64,000 nt of DNA from an uncultured Candidatus Binatia bacterium (GTDB taxonomy: Bacteria > Desulfobacterota > Binatia > UBA9968 > JAJDTQ01), in contig OZ219754.1 in assembly GCA_964291295.2 (NCBI GenBank), forward strand, positions 128,001-192,000, given 5' to 3'. Of the stretch, positions 61,201 through 64,000 are shown piece after piece. The notes beneath the pieces were generated by a model. That model saw nothing but the letters and a program-made list of their open reading frames with translations. It searched no databases and was not told the origin of the DNA. A program made the position numbers and the translations under genes. Position 1 is the first letter of the stretch, and every line of letters begins with the position of its first letter.

Positions 61201-64000
61201 CACGGTGATCACGGTGATCTTCAGCGTAAAGCTGTCGCTGTTGCCGTGGCCGTCATTCGCCGTCACCCGCATCGTGTAGACACCGTAGTCCGGCACCGTG
61301 AAGAACAGCCGGGCCGAGTTCAGATCGGTGCCTTCCGGCAATGCCGGCGTCGTCTCGCCTTCCTTGCGCCGCCAGGTGTAGTTGATGGTGTCGCCGTCCG
61401 CGTCGGTCGCTGACACCGTGATATCCACAACCCGACCGATCACGGACCGGTCCTCGAAAGGCGCCAGCACCGGCGATGCGTCGTTGTCCTTGATGACCAC
61501 CGTGGTCGCGGCGTTGCCCAGCACGAAGCCGGCCGGCAGCATGCTGCCCTGGGCCAGCGCGAGGGTCACCGTGATGGTCTCATCGGCCTCGTCCCTCCTG
61601 TCGTCGCCAAGCGGAATCGTGATGGTTTTCGTCGTATCGGAGGCGCCCAAGGTCACCGAGGTCACCGCGTCGTTGTCGTAGTCCCCGTTCGCCGGATCGG
61701 CGGCTCCCGTCGCCGTGCCTCCATAGGTGACATCGAAGGTCACCGACCGCCCCAAGGCCTTGGACGCCGTGACCGTCACCACCGCCTTCGTATCCGTCCC
61801 CTCGGTCACTTTCAGCACCGCCGGCACCGAGACCGTGGGTACGCGGTGAATCGTGATCACCATATCCTTGTAGTCGCTGTTGCCGTGGCCGTCATCCGCG
61901 GTCACCCGCATCGAGTAGGTGCCAACCCCCGGCGGCTTGAAGAACAGCCGGTTCGAATTCACATCCGTTCCTTCCGGCAACGCCGGCGTCGTCTCGCCCT
62001 TCTTGCGCACCCAAGTGTAGTTGATTGCATCGCCATCCGCGTCGGTGGCCGACACCGTGACATCCACATTCAAGTCCGGGCCGACCACGGACGTGTTCTG
62101 GACATCCGCCAGCACCGGTGCGGCGTCATCGTTGGCGATGGTGCCGGTGACCACCAGATTCTCTCCGCCCCCGGCCAGGGCGACACGCGGGGCTTCCGTC
62201 TCCAGACCCCCCAGCCGCAGCAGAAAGGTCTCATCCTCCTCCGCGACATGGTCGCCCAGCACCCGGACCCGCACCCTGTTCACCAGCGCGTCCCCGCGCG
62301 CATTGGCGGCGAACACGATGGTCTTGCTGAACGGAACGAAATCGCGTCCGTCCCCGGCTTCCGCGGCGCTGCTCTCCGGCCCGGCCAATGCCGTCACCCG
62401 CACCTTCACGTCGTCCGCCGGCGAGCCGCTCAGCGTGATCGGGAACTCCAGCATCGTCTGGCCCTCGTCCCCCTCGGCCACCCGCGCGTCCGACACCGTC
62501 ACCGTCAGCGCGCCCGTCGGCGTCGCCGACGCGCTCTCCGATTTCTCTCCGGCTCCCGCTCCGTTCAGCGCGCGCAGCCTGTAGGTGTACTTCCGACCAT
62601 TGGTCAGCCCGCTCACCTCATGCGAGACCGTCGCCGCCCCGGAACCCGCAATGGATGACCACGCACTCCACCCGTCGCCGCCCCGAACCTTCCAGCGCAA
62701 CTCATAGCCGGTGATCGAAGCGTCATCCGGGTCGTCCCACGACAGCGACACCGCACCATTGCCGGGCCGGGCCACCAGACCAGTCGGCTTCGCCGGCGGC
62801 GGCGTCGACGCCGCCACCGTGACCACCACCTCTTCGGTGTCCGTATTGCCGTGGCCGTCATCCGCGGTTACCGTCATCGTCATCGTGCCGGCCCGGGTCG
62901 GCGTGAAGACCAGCCGGGCCGCGTTCAGGTCCGTGCCTTCCGGCAACGCCGGCGTCGTCTCCCCCGTCTTGCGGCTCCAGACGTAGCGGAGCGTGTCCCC
63001 GTCCGCATCGGTGGCCGTGGCCGTGACCGACACCTCCTGACCCACCTTCGCCGTCACATCCGCCAACGCCGCCAGCACCGGCGCCGCGTCATCGTCCGTG
63101 ATGGTGCCCGTGGCCGTGACCTTCTCCCCGCCCCCGGCCAGCTCCACGCGGCTGTCCCCCGTCACCAGATTGTCCAGCCGCAGCAGAAAGGTCTCCTCCC
63201 CCTCCGCCACCTCGTCCCCCATCACCTCCACACGCACCGTCTGCATCAGCGCGCTCCCGCGCCCGTACGCATCGAAAAACAGCGTCTTGCTCAACGGCAC
63301 AAAGTCCCGCCCCGCTCCCGCCGTGCTCCCCGCTCCGGCCACCGCCGCCACCCGCACCTTCACCTCCGCCACCGGCTCCCCGCTCAGGGTCACATCAAAC
63401 TCCATCACCCGCCGCCCCGCGTCTCCCTCCACCACGATGGCGTCCTCCACCGCCACCGTCACCCCGCCCATCGGCGTCGCCCCGCGGGCTCGCGAAGACT
63501 TCCCCTCCCCTCCCGCATTCACCGCCCGAACCCGGAAAATGTACTTCTGGCCGTTGGTCAGCCCCGTTACCGTATGAGACGTCGTATTCGCCCCCGAACC
63601 CGCTATCGCCGCCCACGACCCCCACCCCTGCCCCGGACCCGCAAGACGCCATTTCACCTCGTACTTGCGGATCGACCCATCCCCCGATGCCGCCCACGAC
63701 AGCGTCACCGCCTCATCCCCGGGCCGCGCTCGAAACCCCTTCGGCGCCGAAGGCGTTTCCGGCACCGGAGCCGCCGTCACCGTCACCGCCACCCGATCCT
63801 TCGCACCCGAAGCCACCGGCACCGATGCTCCATCCACCCTGAAGGCGTGGCTCACCTCCGCCTCCCCCGCCGTCACTCCCGTCACCGTCACCGTCTGCGG
63901 CGTCTGGGCCGTCGCGTGGGCAAAGTACAGCACCGACGGGCTTACCCGCGCCTTGCCGCTGTCGCTGCTCACCAGCGTCACACTCCCGTCAAACGTCCCG
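58273..64000 (-). CDS. Giant autotransporter-like adhesin (FN3, Calx-beta, Ig/cadherin-like repeats, C-terminal beta-barrel); 5' end lies beyond the window
   Basis: Open frame of more than 1900 aa; FN3 (VTLSW..GLTNG..Y.FRVRA.N), Calx-beta (EGDETF..GTITDDD), three PALPEGTD modules, and an amphipathic barrel ending in LRW. Confidence 0.9.
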   Translation of the reverse strand, partial: GTFDGSVTLVSSDSGKARVSPSVLYFAHATAQTPQTVTVTGVTAGEAEVSHAFRVDGASVPVASGAKDRVAVTVTAAPVPETPSAPKGFRARPGDEAVTLSWAASGDGSIRKYEVKWRLAGPGQGWGSWAAIAGSGANTTSHTVTGLTNGQKYIFRVRAVNAGGEGKSSRARGATPMGGVTVAVEDAIVVEGDAGRRVMEFDVTLSGEPVAEVKVRVAAVAGAGSTAGAGRDFVPLSKTLFFDAYGRGSALMQTVRVEVMGDEVAEGEETFLLRLDNLVTGDSRVELAGGGEKVTATGTITDDDAAPVLAALADVTAKVGQEVSVTATATDADGDTLRYVWSRKTGETTPALPEGTDLNAARLVFTPTRAGTMTMTVTADDGHGNTDTEEVVVTVAASTPPPAKPTGLVARPGNGAVSLSWDDPDDASITGYELRWKVRGGDGWSAWSSIAGSGAATVSHEVSGLTNGRKYTYRLRALNGAGAGEKSESASATPTGALTVTVSDARVAEGDEGQTMLEFPITLSGSPADDVKVRVTALAGPESSAAEAGDGRDFVPFSKTIVFAANARGDALVNRVRVRVLGDHVAEEDETFLLRLGGLETEAPRVALAGGGENLVVTGTIANDDAAPVLADVQNTSVVGPDLNVDVTVSATDADGDAINYTWVRKKGETTPALPEGTDVNSNRLFFKPPGVGTYSMRVTADDGHGNSDYKDMVITIHRVPTVSVPAVLKVTEGTDTKAVVTVTASKALGRSVTFDVTYGGTATGAADPANGDYDNDAVTSVTLGASDTTKTITIPLGDDRRDEADETITVTLALAQGSMLPAGFVLGNAATTVVIKDNDASPVLAPFEDRSVIGRVVDITVSATDADGDTINYTWRRKEGETTPALPEGTDLNSARLFFTVPDYGVYTMRVTANDGHGNSDSFTLKITVITVSPLDDTGVPIDLTVNRRGDKLHLSWTAPDHPGRTGWQARYRTFNGSMARYERWHDWVTIPDASATSYVLTSDECLPSQEVELRATTATWATRAAKAHVPSKWDTTTWGVYWSYMGWTVEWPSRKSKGFPSPTPPAEGDAVEYWIHPRKAPTAPLELVPMPFVVKNGEWTYTDKATIYSGGPNYLTFTPSNWNKPQVIWVKLNADEDTSDHGITVLVRAKGGGHCYPKDGMFTRSLWVRDTTPTLTLGANPARVSEGTPITLAVRSDKPVPGVLSVSLTLSDRDSSGFTADDIQGALTRTFNVNFGGRRTGTIAIRTSVDADASEGVEKYTVTLNDATGYAIGEEVTVQGKLLDGPPGTGYQGFTGDTGTTVGLTVTPTALTISEGGSGTYTVVLDEAPADTVMVTPASDNTAIATVSGPLTFTTANWNTPQPVTVTGVPDDDTDDDTVTLRHTAMMGNMEVAVTGGSVTVTVEDTMAAHANKVHRAVLPQVAAAMASQSLDAVAGRIQAVASGKAGRSLHFGVAQAAPGAREGADGVWLEEQRRAWPRGMLEDEWGSGRGSGLRGMLEKEAENPDLRDMLDGAAFALPMGASGMSGGSVPRVAVWGRGDLDSLSGSEEDVSWDGEVWSAHLGTDVRLRADVLAGVALSHSRGELDTEVDDAGGNRVKGVYKTELTAVHPYAAWLSGDGSNLWASAGYGEGEVGVEEAERADREVEMKLTSAAAGGRGVLSEDGEWIAGGVTRVAVRGEGSMVRVKTEAGSGLEALSVDARRLRLALEGSYERALEGGGTVTPALEVGMRHDSGDVEKGVGAEVGASVSWREPGMGLTVELRTRALVAHERDREEWGVGGMVQLDPGADGSGLFLTLTPAYGVTATDLDGLFDRTPGTSFLTGSGAEAESQLDAEVGYGFGVLGSGPMALLSPYVGFTLAERGEGSVRVGTRYTIAPAFELSFEGERSQDRDSADHSLEVRVSLRW

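Overview
A 64-kb, GC-rich bacterial window. Gene order and content suggest a deltaproteobacterial (Binatia-like) organism, possibly host-associated; this is inference only. The intact housekeeping core (about 15-45 kb) holds pncB, tatC, murJ, rpsT, a long minus-strand yceD-rpmF-plsX-fabD-fabG-acpP-glyA-nrdR-ribD-ribE-ribBA-ribH-nusB-leuS-lptE run, and yebC-ruvCAB-ntrY. The flanking accessory DNA carries many decayed genes (carbonic anhydrase, RTX proteins, Rpn nuclease, integrase, IS66, TbpB/Slam pair). It also carries a CoA-dependent catabolic cluster, a 3.2-kb IS1595-family element with an SphI-like restriction-modification pair, and a giant autotransporter adhesin. Three observations stand out. 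(1) An NtrY-type kinase is followed by a response-regulator receiver domain fused in frame to an intact LpxC, suggesting phosphorylation control of the committed step of lipid A synthesis. (2) An IspH/LytB-fold protein keeps its three Fe-S cysteines but has lost the catalytic Glu and diphosphate-binding residues, and heads an operon with a UbiD decarboxylase and a LOG-like protein. (3) A promoter, a ~60-nt two-hairpin RNA and a terminator lie directly upstream of a NYN/PIN RNase, resembling a type III toxin-antitoxin layout. No rRNA, tRNA or CRISPR array was recognised. All family assignments are from motif recognition by eye; no database search was run.
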